A DNA stretch of 63,241 bases, filler included, from Chiloscyllium plagiosum (taxonomy: Eukaryota), in the NCBI RefSeq assembly GCF_004010195.1. It is 5 parts of one record of this genome, joined end to end, with 100 filler letters (N's around TTAATTAATTAA, not from the genome) between each part and the next. Parts side by side here need not be neighbours in the genome. Positions count along the whole stretch, not along the records: positions 1 to 22,531 come from NC_057710.1; 4 more parts are not named here. One strand, written 5' to 3'. Position numbers and translations under genes: made by a program. Below are positions 1 through 12,125 of this stretch, one piece after another (the first letter of the stretch is position 1; every line of letters begins with the position of its first letter). The notes below the pieces were generated by a model that had not been told where the DNA came from, did not search any database, and saw only the letters and a program-made list of their open reading frames with translations.

Positions 1-79
1 TCAACTTGTCTAAATCACTCTGAAGTCTCTTTACATCCTCCTCAACTCTCACTTTTGTGACATTAGCAAACTTAGAAAT

Positions 80-400
80 ATTACTTAAAAAACCAAAAGA
101 ACAGCGAATGCCAGAAATCTGAGATGTAAACAGAAATTGCTGGAAAATCTCAACATGTCTGGCAGCACTTGTGGAGAGAAATGAGAGTTAACGTTTTGGG
201 TTCAGTTATCCTTCTTCTGGACTGATGATAGCTAGGTATAAGGAGTTTTATTTTGACACAGAAGATGGGGTGGAGGGTAAATGGTAGGTGGAGATGGAGT
301 CCAAAGAGAAGCAAAAACAGACAAAGAAGTGGTTAAAGGTCAGCCTGGGGAAGTGACTAACTGCTGATGGGGACAATTAGTGTTCTTCACCCGCATCAGC
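80..400 (-). mobile_element. Degraded Penelope-like pLTR fragment with decayed hammerhead motif
   Basis: Resembles the pLTR family at 22632-22915 and 4468-4600. Minus strand 186-220 reads CAGAAGA-AGGATAACTGAACCC-AAAACGTT, a mutated CUGANGA...GAAAC core. Confidence 0.5.
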
Positions 401-524
401 ACATCTCATGATCATGTTGTGTTTCCCCCACCCTCAATATGAAACTCTCTCCCTTCCTTGACCTATTTGACCCTATAATTGAGACTCCTGTCTCTTAATT
501 GTCCAGCTCCATTCTTGACTTGAA

Positions 525-1150
525 TGGAATTGAATTTATTATCACGTGTACTGAGGCACAGTGAAAAGGTTTATCTTGCGAACAATACAGGCAGATCAGA
601 GGGTTAAGTAGCATAGATAGCAAATAATAGGTAAACAGCGGCAAAAACGAAAACACAGGTACAGATGAATGTTAAGAGTTTGCAAGTCCATTCAGTATTC
701 TAACAATAATAGAGTAGAAATTGTTACAAAACTGGCTGGTGAGTCTGATCAGGCTTCTGTAACTTCTCCCCGATGGTTGCAGTTGTAGAAAAGCATTGCC
801 AGGGTGGGATGGACCTTTGAGAATACTGGCGGCCTTTCCTTGACAGCGAGCCTGGTAGATGGAGTGTATAGATGAGAGATTAGCCTTTGTGATTGTCCAG
901 GCTGAGTTCACCACTCTCTGTAACCATCTCTGATGTTGAATGGTACAGTTGCCATACCAGATAGTGATACATCCAGACAGAATGCTCTGATGGTGCACCC
1001 ATAAAAGTTGGCAAGGGTATTCGCTGTCATGCCAAATTTCCTCAGCTGCCTGAGGACGAAGCGACTTTGTTGGGCCTTTGTAACCAGTGCGTCCACATGA
1101 AGAGTCCAAGAAAGCTTGTTGTGGATGACCACTTCCAGGAACTTGACACA
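525..1150 (-). mobile_element. Rex1/Babar-like LINE, 3' fragment (RT C-terminus plus 3' UTR), frameshifted
   Basis: ORFs 908-1132 and 672-1151 give NKLSWTLHVDALVTKAQQ..LRQLRKFG and SILSGCITIWYGNC...DPSHPG-like...PSGRSYRSL. Similar copy at 61385-61985. Confidence 0.75.
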
Positions 1151-2042
1151 TTCTTCATGAACCTTCAGGCACTCCTAACAACTACAGCCTTTGTTTAACC
1201 TTCTGCCATACCTGCCTATGTTTATCTGTGCTTTCCCTATTGTACCCTTTTGTTTAGAGCTTATTTTGTTTTGAGACCCTCGTGCCTGCCCAATCAGATT
1301 GGCTGGGGTCAGCCAGTATAGCTGCCTCGCCTGGCCAGACAGCCTCAGCTGCATACTAATTGCCTACTCTGTGAATGGTAGAAAACAACATCTTGTAAGA
1401 CTGGCTATGAATAGCACCCATGTGCTGGGGCAGCTGGCATTCTGAACACTAAAAGTTTAAGCAAAGAAACATCTCAGATGAGAAAAGCCTCACCTGAACA
1501 CCTGCTACTGAATAAGTGCGTACTCAGAGATTTTAGGAAGAGGTCTACTTACCACATACACACCTCATATGTGAAATGGAGGAGTCAGTTTCAATTAGTG
1601 AGGGCTAAATTTTCAATTCAACCAAAACCAAATGGGAACCACTGATGTGCAAAGGCAGATTCAGAGGGCAGGAGCTGTACTATCAACAGAACAGCACAGC
1701 CTGTGTGAAATACAGACAATGCCTGTGAACACAGAAAACAACAGATAATGTAATATATGCTATGCTTTTGTTAAAGCTTGGAGGTGTTTGTAACCTAAGT
1801 TAGTTTTACACTTCATGGTGGCAAGACTGATTCTCCCAGCATACACAGGAAACGAACAACTGCTTGACCTGATTTCCTGTGTCTGTTTATCAGTTTGCCA
1901 TGTTCTCCAATAACAAATGTATTTTCGGGTTTATGAAGAAAATATTTTTCTCCCTTTTGCCCAACAAGGTTTCACCTTTGAACATAAGTCTGGTGGGTAG
2001 GGGTATTGGAGCATTCATCTGAATGTAAAAGAGGTTCCTGAC

Positions 2043-2472
2043 TAAAGCAAGTCACCACAGTCTCATGAGACAGAGAGCTGGCATTGGTGATGAGTTTAAC
2101 CTGAGAGTCACCATGCCTCAGGTAAGGTGCAAGATGGAGAAGGCTGAACCTTGTTGATCATTTCCTCTTGTGCAGAATCATTCCACACTGTTGTCATAAC
2201 TGTCTCATAAGCCAGAGCTGAAAATGTGTTGCTGGAACAGCACAGCAGGTCAGGCAGCATCCAGGGAACAGGAGAATCGACGTTTTGGGCATAAGCCCTT
2301 CTTCAGGAATGAGGAAAGTGTGTCCAGCAGGCTAAGATAAAAGGTAGGGAGGAGAGACTTGGGGGATGGGCCTGCGCTGTTCCAGCAACACATTTTCAGT
2401 TCTGATCTCCAGCATCTGCAGACCTCACTTTCTCCTGTCTCATAAACCAGCCAGCTGTGCTAACTCACCCCC
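2043..2472 (-). mobile_element. V-SINE (HE1-like), interrupted by a Penelope-like insertion
   Basis: 2095-2145 GTTTAACCTGAGAGTCACCATGCCTCAGGTAAGGTGCAAGATGGAGAAGG resembles the reverse complement of the V-SINE central domain as recalled. The element resumes after the duplicated site at 2435. Confidence 0.6.
2211..2434. mobile_element. Short fold-back Penelope-like insertion (inverted plus direct pLTR)
   Basis: TSD CTGTCTCATAA at 2200-2210 and 2435-2445. Inverted arms AAAATGTGTTGCTGGAACAGC / GCTGTTCCAGCAACACATTTT. Minus-strand hammerhead at 2275-2310 has GAAA mutated to AAAA. Confidence 0.75.
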
Positions 2473-2944
2473 AGGTTCCTGATTCTCACTGTCAGGAAGA
2501 CCATCCCATTTGAGAGCTTTTGAAAAAGCTTAACACCAAAACTTTAATCCAGCAGAGGAAGTCCAAACTTTGGCCTCCCACCCAATTACATTACCCCTCC
2601 TGCCTTTAAAAAGGCTAGGCGTGGGCCTGGAAGATTTGATTTCAGTTCCATACAAATTGTAAGTAGAGATCATAAGAAGGTTCAAATTTGAAGACTTGCT
2701 TACGCAGATCCCAATGGTAATAGAGATCTTTCATGCAGAAACTCGATTCTAATACTCCTTGCATCTTACTTTTGAAAGTGTCTCACAAATTTGCAACTGT
2801 TGGCTCATGCTGAAAAAGGCAACAAATTAAAAAAAATCACAACCATGTCAAAACACGGTAAACTTACTTTTAGAATACTATGTGATAAAGAAAGCCAGTT
2901 ATTTTCCTTTGAATCCTCTGAACTGGCATCTCCCTCAGAGAAAT

Positions 2945-2958
2945 GTTGCCATGGACAC
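2945..2958. promoter_or_regulatory. Candidate RFX X-box
   Basis: GTTGCCATGGACAC, close to the palindromic consensus GTTGCCATGGCAAC, in apparently non-repeat sequence. Confidence 0.45.
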
Positions 2959-4467
2959 AGCAATGACAGAAGCACAATTTTAGCAAGTTTTCTCTTACCA
3001 ACAAACAGGCGAGAAGTCTTTGCATTTTGCAGTGTTCCTTATTTGCATAACGGTAATACCGAATGCAATTTGCAACAACTACCGGGACAGCCAAGGTGAG
3101 AAATGGCAAAATTCCATATTGGGAGCACAAACATTAAAACTGCCCTTGCAGTCAGGAGGCTATAGTTTCAACTAAGTCAGATAAAACAAACAAGACATCT
3201 GTGACTGTTTCTTGGACTTATATAGTATACAATTTAAAAAAAATAGTGAAACCTCAGCAACTTGCTCATTCAAACTTCTGCTGTTTTGTGTTTGTTTGTA
3301 CCCAAGCCCTATATAGCAATCATGTCTGTGCTTATTGATCAACAAGGACTCAGTTCAGAAATGTCTTGAATATGAAGTATTCACGCTTGGATTGAAATCC
3401 CACCATAACTTCTTTCTGTCACCTCTTCCAGCATTCCTGGTTTTAACTCTACTGTGTCAACTCATTTTGGCTCACCAATGGCAGTTTGTCTTCAGCAATT
3501 TAGTGGACTTCCTTCACTAAACCCCTCTCCCTTTCCTTCTTTAAGGGATTCTGCTTAATATTTGATTCAATATTTTCTCAATTATTCCAATAGTGTCTTA
3601 TATTTAAGGCATCAAGGAAAAGAGAATAAACCTGAAGTTTGATAAAATCATCCTTATGCAGGGAAGTTCAAAAGTATAAGAAAGCTAACTGCTTAGATCT
3701 TCTGGCTCCCTCACCAATCATTTGTCAAATGTGATCCAAAAACACTGTACAATGTGCCAAGTTTATATTGGGTCTAAAGATTTTGTTATGTCAGAGATGG
3801 GAAGAGTGCACTGTCTTTCTCTGGTTTCATTACTCCAAGAGTCAAACAAATTTAATTATTTTACCCAGTTATAATAATAAAGTATAAATATTAATCTCTA
3901 GAGATATCTCAAAACTCATTCACAAATATTCACAGATACCAGATAAAATAAACAAGAAATGCTTTGTTAAGAAAAAGGTTCCTACAGGTTTGAATTGAGT
4001 TTCAAAAATCTAAGCATTTCCAGAGATCTTGAAATAAATTAATTTTCCCTCAATCCTTCAAAACTCAAGTCCTCAAGATGTTAAACAAGAAGCTTTCATA
4101 ACATGCTATATAAAAACAGATTATTATTGTTGCATAGAAAATAGCTATTCACTTTGACTAATCTTTTGAATTCATGAACTTCTGAAAAATATGCCACAGG
4201 AAAAGGTGAACTGGTCCATCCAGCCAATCCCACGCAAATGCAATGTCTTGCACACAGACCAGACGTTTAACCTTTACATCTTAACAGTTGGTGTGGGTGC
4301 GAGAAGACGATTTAAGATTCATACACTTTTACCTTCCTTGCATAAGGAAGATTTTGATAAGCTTCTGGATTATTCTTTTTTCCTTGACGCCATAAACATT
4401 TCAGTCTCAAAGCCTGTTGCCGCATTCATGGCCAGCCAATGGAAAAGGCCCAGGGAAAGTTAAATAA

Positions 4468-4600
4468 AAACTCAAAAGAACTACAGATGCTGTAAACCAG
4501 AAAGAAAACAAGGAAAAGCTCAGCAGGTCTAGTAGCATCTGTGAAAAACAAAATCAAAGTTAACATTTCAGGTCCAATGACCCTTTCTCAGGGCTGGAAC
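4468..4600 (-). mobile_element. Degraded Penelope-like pLTR fragment
   Basis: AAAAGAACTACAGATGCTG...GCAGGTCTAGTAGCATCTGTG resembles other pLTR copies, with a decayed hammerhead core at about 4558-4592. Confidence 0.5.
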
Positions 4601-5374
4601 TTTACCACTTCACAGAAACAACATACATCCTTGATTAAAATACCTGCTCCCATTGCTTTACAGAAAATGGTCAGTGGAATATAATAGGAGTTTCCTATTA
4701 ACATCTAACCAATAATCAATATAAGAGGTTGTTAATTGTCGATTCCGATGTCAAGGCTTTTGTGAGTAAGTGAATGCTTATTGATACCAGTTAGCATGAA
4801 TTGACAAGCAGGGAAAGGAATTTGTTTGGAAATGAGTGTGAAATTTGGAGAAGCCATGGTTAAAATATTCCGCAGTTCACAAACACTGGTAAGTAGAAAA
4901 AGTTTGGAAAACAGCTAACATAGTTTATGCTTTTTTTTGCTTCCGGCATTGTGTAATCAGAGAAATAAGGGATAATTTTTATCCCTGGCACTATTCCCTG
5001 CATGGACCTTTGCCTGACAGGAGCACATACTGAGAATACATTGCATAATTTTCCATCTATAATGTTTAATAAATCATGGAGGGGCATGTGTTTGAATTCC
5101 TGATATGAACTTTTGGTGAGTTAAAGTTCATGGCAGAATTCTTAAATATACAATTAATTAAGATAAATCAGTGGAAGCAAGTGCATACAATGATTTGTTT
5201 ACCACAACAGGAAAATATTGACCAATGACTGCAAATTAATAGCATGAAACCCATCTTGCTTCTGTGAAATTTACTCTTCTGTTTCTTAGTGCAACACCAA
5301 GAATCCTGTGTGTTCTATTCTCTATCCATGTATCATTGTGTTAAACTCAAAGACTAAAGGCAGAAAATGCTGAC

Positions 5375-5535
5375 ATAGAGTTATAGAGTTTTACAGCATG
5401 GAAACAGGCCCTTCGGCCCAACTTGTCTCTGCCACCCAGTTTTTACAATTTAAACTAGTCCCATTTGCATGCATTTGATCCATATCCCTCTCTACCTATC
5501 CCATCCATGTCTCTGTCCAAATGTATCTTGAATGA
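5375..5535 (-). mobile_element. CR1 LINE 3' end fragment
   Basis: CATAGAGTTATAGAG tail followed by GAAACAGGCCCTTCGGCCC, as in the other CR1 3' ends in this window. Confidence 0.65.
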
Positions 5536-6209
5536 TGGCAAAATGGAAGTCAGAGAATTTATAAAGAAACAAGACAGCTGAATCCTTTATGAGCAAACAA
5601 AACTTGGTTGAGAATCTCTTTAAGTTCAAAAATTTGGATCATTCTTCATTTTCAGCATTTAAAATCTAGTCTTTTCTTCACTTTATTTCATCTATTCTAT
5701 TTGATTGTGTTGTGCCCACTGTTTCGTGAAAGGAATAATATCTTAAATTGCTTTACAGAATGTTTATTTACACAGTCAGTCAGATAGTATTCCACATAAT
5801 GGCAGCTTCAAAATAAGTCACAGATATTGTTTATAAATTTTCTAAGAATTCAAAAAAATTCTACACACAGCACTTCTCTATCATATTCTGCATTGCAAGG
5901 ATATCTATGTATTTTTCCTAATTAGTTCATGCAACTTACTATGAGGTAGTTGTGAGCTAACCTATCCACAGGTAGCCTATTAGGACCAGATTGGTTGCCC
6001 ATTTTACATGTCACCTGATTTTACAAAAATTACTATTTTTGTCAAGATGTTCTCAGCAGTTTTCTCTAAAGTTAAGCACAATTAGAGGATCTCCGTGGCT
6101 CAGATATCTAAGGCACTGTATCACTAAAGACTGCAGTACAATCTTCCTTAGACCTCTCTCCTCACTCAATCTCAATTGTTCTTTTACTTGGCTCATGGAG
6201 TACTATGGT

Positions 6210-6500
6210 GACCATCTCAGGATAAGAGGCAAATCATTTCAGACAGAGTTCAAGACAAATTTCTTCGATCAAAATGTTGTGAATCTTTGGAATTTTTCTT
6301 ATTTCAGAGGGGTGTGAATACTCCATTTTTGAATATAAACCCACTGAAACAGACAGGTATTTTGGTTTATCAGGAAATAAGGAATGTAGGGAGGGGGTTT
6401 GGAAAATAGAATAAAGGCAAATTAGCCATGATCCCATTGAGTGATAGAGCAGGCTGAAAAAGCCATTTGATTTACTCCTCTTGTTTCTTAGGTTCTTAAG
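6210..6500 (+). mobile_element. CR1 LINE 3' fragment
   Basis: Encodes HLRIRGKSFQTEFKTNFFDQNVVNLWN, the CR1 ORF2 C-terminal motif (compare 7915-8283). Confidence 0.65.
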
Positions 6501-7139
6501 TGTGGCTGTTCAATACAAGAAATAAAGAAAAACACTAACAGAGGAAAAATGTGGAAGGAAGAAGGTTAATTGCAATACACAGAATTAACTATGTTTGCAA
6601 AATATTGATTAGAATTTGATATGTAATTGCTTTGGCTCACATTTCAGCTACAAAATTAACATTTGACTGCTATGTAATGTCTATATGCATGACTAAAGGG
6701 GGAGTCATACGACATCAAGTACTGTGACAATACGTAAGGAGTAATGCTAAGACAAGTGGTACAGGGCTAAGTGAAGAGCCATGCATGGTTAAATGACAAA
6801 TTAACATGGATAAATCAATGAAGGAATTCTTCTTAGACCTCATTATTCAATGAAGAATATTCAATAGCAATACGACAAAAGGAGAGTCTGATTAATCACT
6901 TAGTAACGTGTGACCAACTGGAAGTGACAGGTTACTTTGTGATATAGTAGGCAAAAAGGGATGGATTATAAATAAATGAATATCCTTGTGACAAGAAGAA
7001 AGAAAGTGTGAAACCAGATAGAAAAATGTTTAATAAAGTTCCATGTGAAAGTTTGATATGCAAGCTGAATACCAGTTATGCCTGGTAAATTCTAGAGGTT
7101 TATATGAAATTGATTGAAAGATAGGAAGCAGTGAATATT

Positions 7140-7826
7140 TCTCAAAAAGATTTGTTTGTGGGATGTAGGTGTCACTGGATAGGCCAGTATTTAATGTCTT
7201 TCTCTAATTTTCCATGAGCAAGTGGTGATTATCTGCAACCTTGACTGATTGATTGATTGTTATTCTATGGGACAGATACACCAAGAGGTGTTAGGGAAGG
7301 AGTTCCCAGAATTTCATCCAAGGACAGTGAAGGAACACTGATATAACAGTTCCAGGTCAGGATCATGTATGGTTCAGAGAAGAAATTGCCAATAGTAGAG
7401 CTCTCACATATGTTTATTCATATGCTTCCAGAAAGTAAAAACTTTTGGGTTTGGATCATGCTGCTGAGAGAGTATTGGTGAATGCCTGAAATGCATCTGG
7501 TAGATGGTGTACATGTGCATTATTGGTGAGGGAGTGAATGTGGAACGTGGTAGATGGAATACCAATCAAGTATGTTGCATTTAGAATTGGTTAGAATTGA
7601 ACTTGTTGTTGTTGGCAATGCATAGTTCCAGGGAAGTGCAAAGGACTGCATCACACTCTGGCTTCTAGCTTCTGAATGGAAGATAGGATTTGAAGAATCA
7701 GAACGGAGTTATTCAGCACAGACTTCCTAATATCTGACCTGCATTTGTAGCTACAGTATTAACTTGACCAGTCCAATTCAGCTTATGGTCAATGGTAACC
7801 CCCAGAATGTTGAGAGGAGGGGTTAC
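7140..7826 (-). mobile_element. Old CR1/L2-group LINE ('family B'), 3' part
   Basis: Similar to 32650-33200: GCATCTGGTAGATGGTGTACA vs ACATCTTGTAGATAGTACACA, and GGTCAATGGTAACCCCCAGAATGTTGA vs AGTCAATCCCAAAGATATTGA. Confidence 0.6.
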
Positions 7827-10709
7827 ACCATAAGACCATAAGACATAGAAGTGGAAGTAAGGCCATTCGACCAATCAAGTCCACTCCGCCATTCAATCAT
7901 GGCTGATGGGCATTTCAACTCCACTTACCTGCATTCTCCCAGTAGCCCTTACTTCCTTGTGACATCAAGAATTTATCAATTTCTGCCTTGAAGACATTTA
8001 GCATCCCAGCCTCCACTGCACTCTGCGGCAATGAATTCCACAGGCCCACCACTCTCTGGCTGAAGAAATGTCTCCGCATTTCTGTTCTGAATTTACCCCC
8101 TCTAATTCTAAGGCTGTGTCCACGGGTCCTAGTCTCCTCACCTAACGGAAACAATTTCCTAGCATCCACCCTCTCCAAGCCATGTATTATCTTGTAAGAT
8201 TCTATTAGATCTCCCCTTAATCTTCTAAACTCCAATGAATACAATCCCAGGATCCTCAGCCAGTGGGGACCAAAACTGGACACAGTACTCCAAATGGGAC
8301 CTAACCAGAGCTTTATAAAGTCTCAGTAGCACAACGGTGCTTTTATATTCCAACCCTCTTGAGATAAATGACAACATTGCATTCGCTTTCTTAATCACGG
8401 ACTCAACCTGCATGTTTACCTTTAGAGAATCCTCAACTAGCACTCCCAGATCCCTCTGTACTTTGGCTTTACAAATTTTCTCACCGTTTAGAAAGTAGCC
8501 CATGCTTGTATTCTTTTTTCCAAAGTGCAAGACCTCACATTTGCTCACATTGAATTCCATCAACCATTTCCTGGACCACTCCTCCAAACTGTCTAGATCC
8601 TTCTGCAGCCTCCCCACTTCCTCAGCACTACCTGCCTATCCACCTAACTTTGTATCATCGGCAAACATCGCTAGAATGCCCCCAGTCCCTTCATCCAGAT
8701 CACTTATATATAATGTGAACAGCTGCGGCCCCAACACTGAACCCTGCGGGACACCGCTTGTCACCAGCTGCCATTCCGAAAAAGAACCCTTTATCCTAAC
8801 TCTCTGCCTCCTGTCAGACAGCCAATCCTCTATCCATACCAGTAGCTCACCTCGAACACCATGGGCCCTCACCTGGCTCAGCAGCCTCCCGTGTGGCACC
8901 TTATCAAAGGCCTTTTGAAAGTCTAGATAGACCACATCCACTGGGTTTCCCTGGTCTAACCTACTTGTTACCTCTTCAAAAAATTCCAACAGGCTGGTAA
9001 GGCATGACCTCCCTTTACTAAATCCATGTTAACTTGTTCTAATCAGACTCTGCTCTCCCAAGAATTTAGAAACCTCATCCTTAATGATGGATTCTAGAAT
9101 TTTACCAACAACCGAGGTTAAGCTGATTGGCCTATAATTTTCCATCTTTCGCCTTGATCCTTTCTTGAACAAGGGGGTTACAACAGCCATCTTCCAATCA
9201 TCCGGGACCTTTCCTGACTCCAGTAACTCTTGAAAGATCTCAACCAATGCCTCTGCTATTTCCTCAGCCACCTCTCTCAGAACTCTAGGGTGTATCCCAT
9301 CGGGGCCAGGAGATTTATCAATTTTAAGACTTTTTAACTTTTCTAGCACTATCTCTTTCGTAATGGCAACCATACTCAACTCAGCCCCGTGACACCCTTT
9401 AATTTTTGGGATATTACTCATGTCTTCCACTGTGAAGACTGACGCAAAGTACTTATTAAGTTCTCCTGCTATTTCCTTATCTCCCATCACTAGGCTTCCT
9501 GCATCAGTTTGAAGTGGCCCAATGTCTACTTTTGCCTGTCGTTTGTTTCTTATGTACTGAAAGAAACTTTTACTATTATTTCTAAAATTTCTGGCTAGCC
9601 TACCTTCATATTTGATCCTCTCCTTTCTTATTACACTCTTTGTTATCCTCTGTTTGCTTTTGTATCCCTCCCAATCTTCTGATTTCCCACTGTTCTTAGC
9701 CACTTTATAGGATCTCTCTTTTTCTTTAATACATTTCCTGACTTCCTTTGTCAGCCAAGGTTGTCTAATCCCTCCCCGGTTAATCTTTCTTTTCTTGGGA
9801 ATGAACAGTGTCCTCAATTATACCTACAAACTCCTGCCATTTTTGCTCTACTGTCTTCCCAGTTAGCCTCTGCTTCCAGTCTATTTTAGTCAGTTCCTCT
9901 CTCATGCCCTCATAATTACCTTTATTCAACTGTAACACCATTACATCCGATTTTGCCTTCTCCCTTTCAAACTCCAGACTGAACTCTACCATATTATAGT
10001 CGCTACTTCCTAAGGGTTCCCTTACTTCAAGATCTTTTATAGAATCTGGTTCATTGCAAAGCACTAGGTCCAGAATAGCCTGCTCTCTTGTGGGCTCCAG
10101 GACAAGCTGTTCCAAAAAGCCATCCTGTAAGCATCCCATGAATTCCCTTTCTTTAGATCCACTAACAACATTATTTACCCAGTCCACCTGCAGATGGAAG
10201 TCTCCCATGATCAATGTAACCTTGCCTTTCTGACATGCCTTCTCTAATTCCCGGTACATGTTGCGTCCCTGGTCCGGACCACTGTTAGGAGGTCTATACA
10301 CAACTCCAATTATGTTTTTTTTGCCTTTGTGGTTCCTCAATTCCACCCACACAGACTCCACATCATCCGACGCCACATCATCAATACCATAGATTTAATT
10401 TTGTTCTTAACTAACAAGGCAACCCCACCCCCTCTGCCCACCTCTCTGTCTTTTCGATAAGTTGAAAAACCATGGAGGTTTAACTCCCAGTCCTGACCCC
10501 CCTGTAACCAAGTCTCTGTGAGGCCTACTACATCATAATCATTCACTATTATCTGTGCCATTAGTTCATCGGCTTTGATATGAATGCTACGAGCATTCAG
10601 GTAAAGTGCCTTAATGCTAACTTCCTTACCATTAGAGATGTTGGAAGTCATATGTCCTAAGTTATCCTTGCTTTTTACTGCATTCTCAGTCTGCCTCAAT
10701 TTTAAATCC
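7827..10709 (-). mobile_element. CR1 LINE with nearly complete but disrupted ORF2 (APE endonuclease plus RT) and 3' microsatellite tail
   Basis: [78 protein letters not shown]. Tail (ACCATAAG)n at 7827-7850. Frameshifts and internal deletions near 8262 and 9805. Confidence 0.95.
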
Positions 10710-11157
10710 ACCCTGCCTGGACTGGAGGGCTTATCTTATGAAGAGAGGTTGACTGAGCTCGGACTTTTTTCATTGGAGAAAAGGAGGAAGAGAGGGGACC
10801 TAATTGAGGTATACAAGATAATGAGAGGCATTGATAGAGTCGGTAGCCAGAGACTATTTCCCAGGGCAGAAATGACTAACACGAGGGGTCATAGTTTTAA
10901 GCTGGTCGGAAGAAAGTATAGAGGGGATGTCAGAGGCGAGTTGTTTACACAGAGAGTTGTGAGAGCATGGAATGCGTTGCCAGCAGCAGTTGTGGAAGCA
11001 AGGTCATTGGGGGCATTTAAGAGACTTCTGGACATGCATATGGTCACAGAAATTTGAGGATGCATACATGAGGATCAGTGGTCGGCACAACATCGTGGGC
11101 TGAAGGGCCTGTTCTGTGCTGTACTGTTCTATGTTCTATGTTTGTTCTATGTTCTAA
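10710..11157 (+). mobile_element. 5'-truncated CR1 LINE (3' end)
   Basis: LPGLEGLSYEERLTELGLFSLEKRR...FTQRVVRAWNALP with an (ATGTTCT)n tail. Very similar to 53489-53935. Confidence 0.9.
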
Positions 11158-12125
11158 TATGATGGAGGTGATTCTTAATGTGCAGATGGTGCTTCATCCT
11201 CATCATGATTGCTTTGTAGTCACTCATACTATAGTGTCATGGACAGATGCATTTGCTATTGATCAGTGAGGATGAGATGAAAATTTTCCCTTCTTGGTAT
11301 TCTCTCACTAAACTTATATTAACCCAATCTAGCAACTTTGTCTGTTAGGACTCAGCTCGCTCAATGGTATTAGTGTGACTAAGTCGCTTTTACTGATGGA
11401 CATTGTATACCCCAACCAGACTACATTTTGTGCCCTTGCTACCTTCAGTGCTTCTTTCAGCTGATGTTTAAATGAATGAGGGCTGATTCAAAAATTACAG
11501 TGGCAGTAGGTCAGGTAATAATTGGCAACAAGCAGAGGTTTCCTGCCTATGTTTGACCTGAGTCTGTGGGATATAGGATACAGAGTCATTGCTTTGGAAT
11601 CCCAAATAAATCCCTTCTGACTGTATACCACTGTGTCTCCATCTCTCCAAGATCAATTTTGCCTGTGGGATATATGTGGGGATGATGATACTGGTGTCTG
11701 AAACATTGTACATCAAATATGTTTCTGTGAATCTAACCAGGTCAAATAGTGTTTGGTTTGACTAGTGTGTGGGACAGCACTCCCAATTTTGACACATTGC
11801 CCAGGGGTTAGTAAGGAGAACTTAGGAGGGCAACAGAGCCAGGTGTGGCATTATCATTTCCAGTGCCAAGGTGAATACTGGGAGATCAGTCCAATTCTAA
11901 TCATTTCTTTAGACTTTATAACAGTTTGACATGACTGGGTGGCTCTCTAACCTATTAATGTGACCATTTCATTTCCAATTGTATTTCTGGGGATCTGGAG
12001 TCACAAGTAGGTCAGATCAAATCAGGTAAGTGCAGGAAATTTCCTTCCCTAAAGGACTTTAGTGAACAAAATGGCTTTTATGACATTCAGAAGGGTTTCC
12101 TGGTCACCACTAGACAAGCATTTTT
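11158..12125 (-). mobile_element. Old CR1/L2-group LINE ('family B'), endonuclease/5' part
   Basis: Degraded; recognised as the endonuclease and 5' region of the family seen at 7140-7826 and 32650-34580, in the same orientation. Confidence 0.5.

Noticed and set aside
2791..3130. Overlapping 102-aa and 86-aa ORFs in unique DNA
   Set aside because: Non-ATG starts, no recognisable domain, and the minus-strand ORF stops just before the donor. Kept only as a regulatory candidate.
4191..4463. 90-aa ATG ORF containing two CAGCCAAT boxes
   Set aside because: No recognisable homology or splice support; CCAAT matches alone are weak evidence.
8502..8918. Antisense ORFs over CR1 RT (also 22063-22461, 41143-41634, 58783-59196)
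   Set aside because: Typical open antisense frames of CR1 ORF2, not host genes.
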